Shown in pieces: positions 1-11,459 of a stretch of DNA of 21,075 nt (the stretch's first letter is position 1; each line of letters begins with the position of its first letter). The notes below the pieces were generated by a model. The model searched no databases and was not told the origin of the DNA. It saw only the letters and a list, made by a program, of their open reading frames with translations. The position numbers and the translations under genes were made by a program. Source of the stretch: Vicugna vicugna (taxonomy: Eukaryota); NCBI GenBank assembly GCA_013265495.1, contig MU058017.1, positions 567,919 through 588,993 of the forward strand, in the 5' to 3' direction.

Positions 1-708
1 GCCATTGGCATTGTGCCCCATTGGCCACGTGAATTAATGAGTAGACTTTTATTTCCTTCCCTCTTCCTACCAATATTCTCTTTGCTTTGTAATTTTTGTT
101 CCCTTAGCTTCTGACATATACTTATTATAAAAAGAACAGAATTATGACCATTGTGCCTCAATCTTGATGAGAAAATTTGATTTCCTCTTTTATTGAAAAT
201 TTTACTGTTCAATTGCTATATGATTTTTCTCATTTTATAATCAGGAATTTCTTACAAATAAGGATACCTACAAGTTAAAGTCCTTTCTGCAGCTAGTAAT
301 CTGAATTTATGATCTAATTCAGCAGTAGCTTTGTCATTTAGAAATGATCTACCAAGCCAATTGCTTTCTAATGTGGAAGAAGCGTTTGTAAGCAACAAGG
401 CTGGAAAGTAGGATGTATTGATTTGATTGAACTGTATAAAGTCACTTTTGTTAAATGGTCAAAAACAGTTGAATATTAGCAGTTTCCCATGGTTCAGACT
501 AATGCCAGAAGGTTATTACAATGGCCCAAGCAACTGGTGTTACTAGTAATGTCCACAGTGTCATCATTATTTAACTGTTTTAAAATGTCATTAACATGTT
601 ACTAAAAATATCAGAGCCAGTTTCTCTTTATGAAGTGACTGCTCTTATTTTCTTTCTTGTCCTATCTCCCTGCTTTTGTTTCTTCTTGTGACTGGTGAAG
701 TCTTTTAG

Positions 709-802
709 CCATCTAAATTTAAGTGCCAGAGAAGCAGTATTCATAATGAACTGAACCTTTCCTGCAGCTGCCCACAGTTTTCACTGTTGGTTCTTTCATT
801 AG
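709..802 (+). other. Candidate exon or recursive splice site of an unidentified host transcript
   Basis: Long pyrimidine tract ~646-690; AG acceptors at 707-708 and 766-767; donor TAG|GTAAGG at 802/803. Confidence 0.3.
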
Positions 803-1714
803 GTAAGGGGTGATGTGCACTGCTCTCTACTACAGGCTGTCATCTGAAAAGTATGGGTAATACCACCTGTGGGATGGTAACACTCTTTGAATGTGGTAGG
901 TTTGCCTCTGTAAAAGAAAATATGTGGAAACACTATAACATGCAAAGAAAAGCAATAATTCTTATTGTAGGCATGGTCCTGTATGAGAAGCTGAACAGAG
1001 TGGGTATAGATCCCGGGTGGCAGGGGAAGAGGCAGAATGCTGTGGTTTTGCATTGCATCAGGCTGCAGTTGGATTGGCCAGAGAGTGAGCCTTTGGTGCT
1101 AAGGCATTCTGCCTCAGACATTCTAACACCTCATCGGCAGAATTCTGGGAAAATGACTGCCTCTGAGCATTGGGCAAGCCTGCCATGGATGTGATGCTGA
1201 TCTCTTTGCTGCCACACAGTTTGGGAGGAAGACTGAAGGGACTGAGCACCACAGGTGGGCAACTGTGGGATGTGGAGCAAAAAGGATAGTCTGAGGGTAA
1301 AAGCACCTCCTCTCCATGCCAAGGACAGTCAGTTTTCCAACCAACCTCTTCCTTTTACTCTTCTTTTTATTTCCCAAGTGGTATCTGCCTAGCTCTGTAC
1401 ACATAAATGCCTGTGCACTGAGATATGCACTGAGAACTTCACACCAGCAGTTAATGGGCTGCAGTGAACTTGAATTTACATATGGATCCTTATCTACAGC
1501 CCAAATCTTCTGCCCAGGCCTCCATAGTCCTTGAAGTTTCCAAAGGCTCTTCAGTTATTCCTATTCATACTTCCTCTGACTTTGATTTTAGAAAGGGACC
1601 AATACCCTTGAGAGTTATCTTGGGCTGATTACAGCAACAGTGTTAGTGGTGATATTAGGGAATGGAAACCCCTTTATTAACATTAAAGCGAATGATATTT
1701 TGTGACTTTAAAGT

Positions 1715-1940
1715 TAATTTAAAAATAGTTCAGTGCCCATATCATAATTTGGAAAACGCAGGAAAGTCAAAAAGACATTTTACAGCTAGTCCTACCACAT
1801 AAGTACTGACAACTATTAACAATTCCATGTACTGTATTTCCTTTTAGTCTTTTCTAAGCATTTGTAGAGCACGATTGCATTCATACTGTGGTTCATATGT
1901 GTATATTGTGTTTTTACCTTTATTATATATATTTTATGTT
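1715..1940 (-). mobile_element. Old L1 (L1ME/L1MC-like) 3' UTR fragment
   Basis: 'agtcctaccacataagtactgacaactattaacaattccatgtactgtatttccttttagtcttt' resembles the antisense old-L1 3' UTR motif (atcccaccacccagagataaccactgttaacattttggtgtatttccttccagtcttt), recalled from memory; boundaries approximate. Confidence 0.55.
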
Positions 1941-2403
1941 CTTGGCTTTTCTGTAGACGTTGGGTCATTTAAGAGCATATGTTTGCATATTTTCTCTAGA
2001 AATAGTGATCACAAAGCCAACCACTACCTGCTATCCCATTGACATTGTCATGGTTTTTGTTTTTCAATAAATGAAACAAGGAGGTCTATTCAATGAAGAC
2101 TCTTCTGTTGATCAGAGACCTTCTGTTCTTGGTTTACATGGGATGCTGTGAGTTGGCTATGGGACTCTAGTGAGCATCCCAGTAGGTGAGCAGAATGACT
2201 TGGAGAGAATGAAGGATTGATTATATTATACCACCATAAGATTATTAAATGGGAAGCAGGAAAACCCTGCTATTTAGGTCCAGTCCATTTGCTTATTTAT
2301 TCCTGCAAACATTTGTGTTTCCTTGGTAACTAATAATAGTTTTGAAAAGTTGTTGAACTCAAAAGTATTGCTGCAGGAGTAAAAAAAAGAAAAAAACCCT
2401 CAA

Positions 2404-2620
2404 ATCACAGAAATTAGACAGAAAAGACCTATTAGGTCATCTTCTTTGTCACTTGCCAGAACAGATTGTTCTTGATACTTTGTTCAGTCCATTTTTTAAA
2501 GGGACTTTGTGAACGAGTTTGTACTCCATGTCTTTTTTAAGAATGCATTTTTAAAGAAACCACTGACAGGTTTTTCTGTATAGTCGTAGAGCTTGATTTC
2601 AAGCTAACTCTTTATAGAGG
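2404..2620 (-). mobile_element. Ancient CR1-clade LINE 3' end (L3/Plat_L3-like)
   Basis: 'atcacagaaattagacagaaaagacctattaggtcatct...tgccagaacagattgttc...ctttgttcagtccattttttaaa' follows the antisense CR1 3'-terminal consensus as recalled. Confidence 0.55.
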
Positions 2621-3221
2621 GAGACCTGTGGGTTCAAAGTACAATTGAACAGATTTTTTTAGTTGGAAATCATTGAAACAGTTTAGAATGTCATTGGAAT
2701 AGTTGGCCAACTAAGGGTAAAACAGAGGAGTGAGTTGAATTTTTATGTTTTCTTTTATCATTGGAAATATATCATATCAAATATAACAATATATGAGGAT
2801 AAACTTTTAATCACATAGCTCATTGCAATGGATGTAGAAGGCCTAAGGAAATAAAGCATTTAGGAAGTAAAAAAAGTAAGAGTAAAATGGTTCATTCTAA
2901 GATTGTTTTTATGAAAGAGGCCTTTTATAATCTTCCCTCCTGTCCCCGATTCTGCTTTGTCTATTATATTTACGATCGATTATTGCTTGATGTGAAGGTG
3001 GCTTCTAGTTGTAATATCCTTTCCCTCAGTCACACAACTTACTCCAAACCTCAGAATGACAGAATAAAACTATCTCATAGAGTAGTCAATGGTGGTGTTA
3101 GATTATATGCTTCACTTGCCTGCATTATTGCTAATGATGTCGTCACTGGAAAAAATGATGAATAAATTAAGAAATAAGAAATGCACTTTGAGTTTTATTA
3201 GGAAGGGTGATCATTTCATAA

Positions 3222-3350
3222 AATCACGTTTTCAAGTATAAAAGACCTTAGAAGACATCTACTGTACTTATTGCCACTCTTTGTTCTCCCTTTTTAAATA
3301 GATGAGATAATTGGAGCTCAGGTTAAAGGACTTGCCCCAAGGTCAGACTT
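3222..3350 (-). mobile_element. MIR3/MIRc-like SINE fragment
   Basis: 'aaagaccttagaagacatcta...tttaaatagatgagataattggagctcaggttaaaggacttgccccaaggtca' matches the antisense MIR core plus a MIR3-type tail. Confidence 0.65.
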
Positions 3351-3789
3351 TGGTGATCCAGCTACTATGTTTTATGAGTCTACATGTCTCTGTTGGGAAA
3401 CATGAAAAATAAAAAAATGACTTAATTAAAGAATGTGACTATAACTGTCAAAAAGAATGTGTCTGAAATTCTAATTAATGTTAGTGTAATGTGTCTAGGT
3501 TTATACTAACCACAGAACTAATTTGGAACATTAATGAGCTAGTTATCCACTTTTATATATTAAAAATGCAGTATTTTTCTTGCATTTGTTTATTGCTGGT
3601 AATCAGCTCAGGTCACCAAGATTGGTCATGGGTTGGCAACTCTGGTCAAAAATTTAATGGAGAGATCTGAATGTTTAATATTAATTCTTTGTTATCATTT
3701 AACACCATTGTCTTCCGTGCTTGCCAGCTGGTTATTCTGTACAGGAGAAATCCTATTATAATTTGTTATTAAGCAAAGCATCCAATCTA

Positions 3790-4195
3790 CATCATAAAAT
3801 ACAGGTTTGGAAGGGAGGTCAAAAGTCTTGTGCTCACCCTTAGATTGAAATCTCTCCACGTGAGAATTTAAAAAAATATTTGAAGACAGTTTGTCCTGAA
3901 TCTTCAGTTGTTCCTATCTGATATAATCTGAATCCTTTCACACCATGTGTCTTAAAGTTTGGTGCTCAAAGTGAACAAATTACTTTCACACATCAGGATT
4001 GTCTTCCTCTTTATAGACTTACAGACTCTGTATGTGCCTGTAAATGTAAGTTTTCTTGTCATTTTAGGCAACCACATCAGACTGCTGTGCCATCGAGCTT
4101 ACTGATCACCAGCTTCCTAATGAACAACCACACGCCTAAGTATTTTCATCATGCACTATTCCTGTGATAATCTCGGTTAATCACTTCTGTCCTAT
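3790..4195 (-). mobile_element. L3 (CR1) LINE 3' fragment
   Basis: Collinear antisense L3-like motifs: 'atcataaaatacaggtttggaaggga', 'tcttaaagtttggtgctcaaagtgaacaaattact', 'ttttaggcaaccacatcagactgctgtgccatcgagctt'. Confidence 0.6.
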
Positions 4196-4208
4196 GCTGA
4201 TTTTGTTT

Positions 4209-4400
4209 ATAATAATATATAACACATTTACTGCATAATAGGTGCCAAGAACTGTATACTTCACATATAGTGTCAACTTTGAGACACATAATGACCCTGT
4301 GGGAGAGATAGCTGAGGAACAGAGAGGTGAATTATCTATACAGGATCACAGAGCAAGTAAAGAGTGGCACCAGGGTTTGAATTGCAGACTGACTTCAGCA
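4209..4400 (-). mobile_element. MIR SINE
   Basis: Antisense MIR order: 'aataatatataacacatttactg...gtgccaag...accctgtgg...gctgaggaacagagaggtgaa...ggatcacagagcaagtaa...gggtttgaa...ctgacttcag'. Confidence 0.75.
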
Positions 4401-4534
4401 ACCTCTGGTAGAAATCACACTAAAAGTCTTGTAGTAGGATTTGGTCTTAGGGGACAGACAGTACTAACATGAAGTCATAGAACTTTGTATCTTTCTAATC
4501 TGCTGCCTATAGGTCATTAGGCTTGCACTATGGG

Positions 4535-4685
4535 ATGGTAGAGTGAGAATGGATCTTGGAGATCATCTGGTCAGTTTCCCTCATCTTATTGTTTATATAA
4601 CTGAAACGCAGGCTGTGCAGTAGTCTGTTCAGGGATATGCTGATGGGGCAGAGCTCAGGCCAGTATGTGGTGCCTTTTCTACTGC
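4535..4685 (-). mobile_element. MIR3-like SINE fragment
   Basis: 'ggatcttggagatcatctggtcagtttccctcatctta...aactgaaacgcag...ggcagagct' resembles antisense MIR3. Confidence 0.55.
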
Positions 4686-4712
4686 AAAACTCTAAAAGTG
4701 TACCTTGTACCA

Positions 4713-4784
4713 TTTCTTCTCTCTCTCTTTTCTCTTCTCTTCCCTCCCTTCTTCTCTTTCTTCCTTCCTGTCTTCTCTCTCTCT
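4713..4784. repeat. CT-rich low-complexity polypyrimidine tract
   Basis: About 70 nt made almost entirely of C and T. Confidence 0.9.
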
Positions 4785-4933
4785 GATTATTTATGGCACT
4801 GTAAGCATTAAAACATCAGTAACAGTCATAGAAACCATATTGAAAGGTATACTTAAAATCCTAGCATGCTATGTTTTAAACTGTTTTCAATATATTGCCA
4901 ACTTCTGAATCTGTAAGTTCTTTATCTTTTCAG

Positions 4934-5022
4934 ATTATGACATGGATTTAAGAATCTTACCAAATATATTCTCACGATCCCTCTGACTGAAGTTTCGTAG
5001 CTCAAAGAAAATTTAAGGAGTG
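4934..5022 (+). other. Candidate 89-nt non-coding or poison exon
   Basis: Acceptor ttctttatcttttcAG|, donor GTG|GTAAGG, stop codons in all three frames. Confidence 0.3.
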
Positions 5023-5837
5023 GTAAGGGAAGGGAAAGGAATTGTTGTCATTTATTGAGAACCTACTGTGTGATGATTACGCTCCCCAGCACTCTACCTT
5101 GATGTCTTAAACCTCCTTCCTGTTTTATGAGGTTCTGTGTCAGGACTAAGCCCAATACCCTGCCCAGAATGGGCATTCCACAAACCTGATAAATGAGGAA
5201 AGAAGTGTTTTGGATCCAGCAGGAAAAAAGAATGATGATCATGTATACACTACTTGCACTCATTGACTGTTAGCTTTTGGTTCATTTTATGTGCCATTTA
5301 TTTCATATCTGTGGAGGCAAATACGTGCACAGGATGCTATGGGATGCTACTTGAGGTGCTAGATTTTGGCTTTGTACAATGTAATACTGATTAAGTCTTG
5401 ATCTGGAAACTATTCGTTCTTCCATTTAATCAAGTTTCTTTAATTTCCTTGATCACAAATATTCTTTGCTAGGGAAATTTTCCTCTGAGGGTGTATTTAA
5501 TCATGCAAGTGGGGAAAATGTCATCATGATAGTGCTCTGATAGCCTGAGGACTTGAGGAATAAAAACAGCTATGGCCTAACAGTTGCCTCTTGGCAAAAT
5601 ATAACTTAAAATAGAGCTGATTTCTTTTAAAACATAATCAATTCTAATGAAAACTGATCCATTTGAGTTTTGAAACGCATAGAATCAACTTTCAGTTACC
5701 ATGAATGACTCTTGCCCTAGTGATGCCAGAATGTCTATCATAAGATTGCTAATTATCAGTAGACTCATATGAAAATGGCTTAAGTCTCACTTCACCTCTG
5801 AGAGGTGCTCAGTGACTTTTGGTTAAAATTAGACTCT

Positions 5838-5873
5838 ATCCATCCATCCATCCATCCATCCATCCATCCATCC
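5838..5873. repeat. (ATCC)9 microsatellite
   Basis: Nine perfect ATCC units read directly. Confidence 0.97.
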
Positions 5874-6485
5874 TGCCCTCCTCTGTCTATGGCTATCGTT
5901 TGTTAAAACCTTGTGGAACAGATGTCTAACTCTCCTTTCTTTCTTCCTCTCTGCTCAAAACCACACACAGAGACACCCACAGGTACACATTCAGGCTTTT
6001 ACATATGCTAACTAACAACTACAAGAGGAAATGAAGAAAAATGAAATTCAATTTTTAGATCAGGAATGGAAATCTACTTCCCAAGGGCTAAATGTGTTAT
6101 CTTTTTACCCAGTCATGGTGACCTTCAAGAACTAATCGCATGTTTTGTGCTTGAGAATTATCATCAGTCATTTATGCCATTATGTTAATAACAGGATGGG
6201 TGGGAGAGGCACTGGCAGCTGATGCATGGCTTTCACATGTACAATATTTAAATTTTTTTATGCTTTTGAGAGGATGAAAAGGCCAGTGAGACAATATGAT
6301 TGAAATTCTTGAAAAAATTTCACCTTTGTTCATAATATTTGCTCACTGGAATGGAACTGAGTAGATCTAAATTGAAGGAAGAGGGATATTCAAAGGGAAT
6401 ACTAATACTGTGTGTGTGATGATGATGATTTATAAGTATACAGAAGTTAGGCCCAGTCTGCATCTACTATATTCTTTCAAGAGAC

Positions 6486-7040
6486 GCTCAGCAACTATTT
6501 GCTGAGCACCTTCTGTGTGTATTTATTACTGTGCTGAGTTCATGGTGAGTGGGGCAGAAAGTATAAAGCATGACCATGCCCAGATTTTGATTGGTAGATT
6601 GAACAAACACATGAACAAAAGCCAAAAAACAATAAATATTATATTGGGATGCTGGATTTGGTGAAGTAAGAATTTTTACAGAAATGTCAGTTAGGCTTAG
6701 AAATATCTGGGAGGTCTTCATAATAGAAGATAAAGTTCACCTGGACCTTGAAGGGTGAGTAATTCCAGGAAGGATAGTGGGAGAGCAAAGGGACCCTGTA
6801 TTGACTGGAGTCACTGATTGGCCCATGTTGAGCAGTACTGGGTCTCTGCAGACAGTTGTGCAAGTGGTAGATACTGCAACGCTGGAGGAGAGGGTGGTCA
6901 CATAGGGTGGGGCCAGACTATATATGACTCTTAAAATTCAAGCAGTGGGATTTGGGTTTTAATTTAATGTTGTGTAGACAGTAGGGTGCCATTGGCAACT
7001 TTTAAATAGTTGAGTAATAGACTGAAAGCAGTTTTAAGTG
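6486..7040 (-). mobile_element. L2 LINE 3' fragment
   Basis: Begins with the antisense L2 terminus 'tcagcaactatttgctgagcaccttctgtgtg'; later L2-like motifs 'ggaggtcttcataatagaagataaagttcacctggaccttgaagg', 'ggggccagactat', 'gtagggtgccattggcaacttttaaatag'. Confidence 0.75.
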
Positions 7041-7849
7041 AATCATAGCACTGTTAGAAAGTTCCTTTTCACTTGCATATCGAAGTGCGATGTGCATATG
7101 AAGTAGAATTAGGTGTACTCCAATCTTGTTGTATATTCGTATGTTAATGCTGCTTTTGGGTACAATCTTTGGACAAGTGAGTGTGTGGAGCAGCTCCTAT
7201 TGAATTTTAAAGGTCTTTTCTGAGAATCAAAATAAAATAGATATATAATGTTTTACTTAAGTAAGAGAATTTCTTTTAATCTTATAAAATATTAGGATGA
7301 CTGCTGAAAGAGTGGCTCTCTTGAACTGTTTACTTGACAAATAATTATGATTTATCAGAGAGTCTCCTCAGAGAAAATGCTGGTAGCTGGGGAGAGCTCT
7401 CCCAAGGCTTCTTATATTACAAACACACAAAATTCAATCTGAATGACTGACTAACTGAGTGAATAAATGAATTGGTTTGTTTGCTTGCTTGTTGGTTTAT
7501 TTTGATGATGTTTGGTGATGTCCCATCCATTGCTGAAAATGGAGGGAGGCTCTTTATGTTTTAGCTACTTAGCTATCAGCAAGGAGTTGTGGAAGGTAAA
7601 GTTGAGAAGAGAACCTTCTCCGAATGCTTTTTGTTGAAACGGACACTATCTTCACTTTTTCATCTTCCAGGGAAAGAAATTCCATGATTGGCTTCATTGT
7701 GTTAGTTTTAATAGTTCATAAATTTCATTACAAAAAATAGCTCTGCTAAGAACTTTAATTTGTTTCCTTTCTTCCTATGATCTTACTGGGCTTTTGTCTT
7801 TCTCTTTGGTTTGTGAGTTATTTAAAGTTGTGCTTCTTAATTTTTAAAC

Positions 7850-10290
7850 ATGTATTTTGGGGTGGGGGAGAGATCTTTTGTCACTGATTACATTATAGTC
7901 AGAAAATATGGTCAGTCATCTTCCTTTTGAAGTTTATTAAGATTTGCTTTATGGTCCCACTGTCTGGTTAGTGTTTGTACAAGTTCCCTATCAGCTTAAA
8001 GAGAATGTATATTCTGTAGGAGTTAAGAATAGCATTTTCTATACAAATAAAGCTTGCTTATTGTGCTGTTAAAAATATTCCATAACCTTGTTGATTTTTG
8101 TCTGCTTGATTTATTAATGACTAAGAGAGGTATGTTGGAGTCTTTCATTGTGATGGTGGATTAGTCTGTCCTTGTGTTTCTGTCAATTTTTGCTTTACTT
8201 ATTTGAGACCAAATTTTTATGTGCATATAACTATTCCTAGGAAATGGAGTCTCTTCACATTATATAATGACTCTTTATAGATGCTTTCTACCTTAAAGTC
8301 TCTTTTGTCTCATACTAACAGTAGTTTCTCTTGGTTAGTGGTTGCCTGATGATGTCTAACCTTTTACTTTCAGTTTTGTTATATTCTTAATGTTTCAGTG
8401 AGTCACAAACAGCATGTAGTTGGGAATTATTCTTCTTAGAATTGTTTTAATCTAGTCTGACAATCTTTGTCTTTTAACATGAACATTTAGTCTGTATTAC
8501 AGTGATTATTGATGTATTTGGATTTTATTTTGTCATCTTATTTGATGGTTCTATTTTTTACCACTTTTTTGCTGCTGTTTGGATTTTATTTTCATTCATT
8601 TTCTCCCTCTCTAGTTTGGAAGTTAGACACTGCCTATCCTATTAGGAATTAATTAGCCTCTAAATTCTTACAAGTTAAATGATCAGAGTCTAAAGCTAAT
8701 CAGTATTTTAATCCTCCAAAAACTTTAAGGACCTCAGAACACTTTAACTCTGAGCATACCCTCCCAATTTATATGTTATTGTTGAAATATGTTTTAGTTC
8801 TTTTTTAAATACCACAAAATATTATCATCACCTATTGTTGATCTTTTAGTCGATGTTGGTTTAGATGTACCAATGTGCTTACCACTTTCTTTGCTCATTA
8901 TTTGTTTTCTTCCAGACTTCCATCTGGGATCACTTTCCTTCAGTCTAAATACATACTTTTGAAGTTCCTTTAGTGGAAATCTGCTTTCTGCACAGCACAT
9001 TCTCTCTTTTTATTTATCTGAATGTGTCTTTTTTTTAACCTTTGTTCTTAGGAAGATTTTTACTGCTTATAGACCTATAGGTTGGCACCATTTCTGTCAG
9101 CACATTAAAGTTACTATCCCACTGACTTCTGGCTTCCCATGTTACTGTTGAAAACTCAGTCAGCAGTCTAATTGTCATGCCTTTTCTCTCTGGCTGCTTT
9201 TATGATTTTCCCTTTGTCTTTGCTATTCTGCCATTTCATTATGATATAGTAAGTATAGGTTTCTTTATTTTATCTTTTATGGGTTTCACTGAGATTCCTT
9301 TATATGTGAATCAGTGTCTTTCCTCAGTTCTAGAAAATTTCCAGCTGCTGTTAACTTGTCAAATATGGCTTCTGAATAACTTTTTCTCTCCTTTCCTGTT
9401 AAAACTTAGACATTTGTTAGACCTTCTTAGTCTGTTCTTCATATCCCTTAACTTCTCTTTCACTTGTTCCATAACTTTAGCTCTTCAGGCTACATTTTAT
9501 TATTTCTTCAGAGTTTTCTTCCCGTTCACTAATTCTCATTGCTGGTCTATAGTTACAGTTTTCATTTCCAAAAATGTTTTCCCCTAATTTGTTTGACATT
9601 TTATAGTCTGTTACTCTTTTAACTAGAAATTTCAGTCTCCTTTTTTATCTTTAACTTACTAAATATGTTTTATGTGCTGTCTGGTGATTTATCTGAGGTC
9701 TTTAAATATCAGCAGTTCTATTTCTGATTTCTCTGGCTTCCAATCATTGTGCTTTATTTTCTAGTTTGTTTTTGGATTTTTCAAATATGAACTCATGCGT
9801 CTTAGAACTTTATATGTGAGAGTTCTTTGAACCCTGGGTTGAAGGTGGCTTTCTTGAGAGAGAATTTGCATTTGTTTTTGCCAATTGCACCAGTGGTATT
9901 TTCAGCCTAGAATCTTTAGGCCCAGGGCTTTTTGGGTTTTTTTGTTTTGTTTTTGGATCACTCAGGTAGTATAAATTTGGGCTGCAGATTCTCATGTTAG
10001 GTAGCTTGTTATTAAAAATTCTTTAGTGGAGCTTATTTCTCTCTTTACTTCCAAAGCCATAGTTCAAAGAAAGCAGTTTTCCTTACAGTTCCTGGAGGTT
10101 GGTTTTGTTACTGAGTCACCGTTACATTGATGGTTTAGCTCTTTGTAGTCCCAGTTTTATGTGGGACTGGGAGGACCCTGGGTTTTGTGCTCTGCTCTGT
10201 TCTCTGCCCTGTGTTGCCATAAAAGCTAAAATTTAAGTTCACAGAGTTCAGAAAATGCTCTCAAAGCAAAAACCAGCTTGGGTTCTTTGT
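7850..10290 (-). mobile_element. Old L1 (L1M-type) 5' half: 5' region, decayed ORF1 and ORF2 endonuclease domain
   Basis: Minus-strand translations: 9157-9092 EFSTVTWEARSQWDSNFNVLTE (ORF1p motif DFSxETxxARRQWxxIFKVLKE); 7959-7927 WDHKANLNKLQ and 7912-7886 TIFSDYNVI (endonuclease motifs GHKxxLNKF and SDHN). Many stops and frameshifts; the 5' boundary near 10290 is uncertain. Confidence 0.9.
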
Positions 10291-10713
10291 GTACCATGCT
10301 ATACTTCTGATTTAGAAAAAGTTCGTGTAATAAGCTTAATTATTTCCTATCTTCTCAGAGTTTCCCTTACTCTTAATTCACTATCATTCATTTATCCTTA
10401 AAAATAAGATAGAAACAAAATAGTAACAAAATTGAAGAAATTCTATGAAGGAAATGTTATTGAGGTTCTGCTGGCAGTGTTTTCTGATTTTGCTAAAGCC
10501 TAAAGTTTCTTATTGGGAAAAACAAGTCACCTGCCTAAGGCTATTTATTGGGGTGTTACTATATCTTATTGCCAGATCATTGCTTTTTTGATATAGTTTG
10601 GTAACATAATTTGTTTAAAATGAAACCATTATTTCTGTTTGCATATTCATTATTTTTCTTCAATGGTTAATAAATGTGAGTGCATGCATGTGTGTGTTTG
10701 TTACAGTAGCTGC

Positions 10714-10714
<1 letters not shown>

Positions 10715-10744
<30 letters not shown>
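10715..10744. repeat. (TG)15 microsatellite
   Basis: Perfect TG dinucleotide run. Confidence 0.97.
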
Positions 10745-10745
<1 letters not shown>

Positions 10746-11459
10746 CCACACACATGGGTGTTTTCCTTATCACTGTATTGCACTTGCTTTATCCTCAACT
10801 AGGAGTTAATTGGGAGAATGAGATCCTGAGGATGCTTTTCTAGAGCAATGACTTGAAGTCCTTAACAATTGGGTGAATAGGTTAGCAGCCCTAATCCCAA
10901 ATCAGGTCTTTGTGTTTTGTGACCTTGGTCAACCTTCACACAACAAAGCTTAGAAGCTGTTCCCAAAGAAGCCGAGTGGGTGGGATGTGCAGTGGTGACT
11001 GTGGACTAGAAATGGCAATGCCTTGTTTAGATGAATGCAGCATGCTCTGTGTCTGTTCTCTCAAGGTGTTCCTATGAGGAAATCTGGGGACTCTCAGGAC
11101 ACATCCTTCTGCTGTCAGGTATCTTCATCTCCAGTAACAATATTTTTAGAATCTAGGTATTTTTGAATGGTAAGCCCCAAAATATTGTCCATTTTGTAGA
11201 ATCTCCACAACTCTTTATGCTCTATAGATAGATTTATATTTCTATTAAAATAGAAATCGAGCTCCATGCTAATTGAGAATTATTTTTGTTTACCAATATC
11301 CCTTATAGAATACATAGATTTTTGAAAATCTAGTTAGATTTTACCACCCACCCCAAAGTCATTTTGAAGGTAAAAAATCTGATTTCCTCTTTGCTGAATC
11401 CACAAATGTTTCTATCAGTTTCCTTGTAGTTTTCTTTGTATTCAAGTTGGGTGACTAGA

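Noticed and set aside
291..330. Small hairpin CTGAATT-N8-AATTCAG, and GAGAAACA/TGTTTCTC at 14585-14605
   Set aside because: Stems of 7-8 bp are expected by chance in 21 kb of AT-rich DNA.
1002..1026. Possible G-quadruplexes here, at ~6892-6912 and at ~18617-18632
   Set aside because: Each has only three runs of three or more G.
799..1534. Cluster of seven overlapping ORFs, up to 113 aa
   Set aside because: No recognisable domain; overlapping on both strands in a locally more GC-rich patch, as expected by chance.
6986..7000. X-box-like GGTGCCATTGGCAAC
   Set aside because: Non-canonical spacing and it lies within L2-derived sequence.
9177..9587. Longest ORF (136 aa, hydrophobic and membrane-like)
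   Set aside because: It is the T-rich antisense strand of decayed L1 ORF1; the F/L/S bias is compositional.
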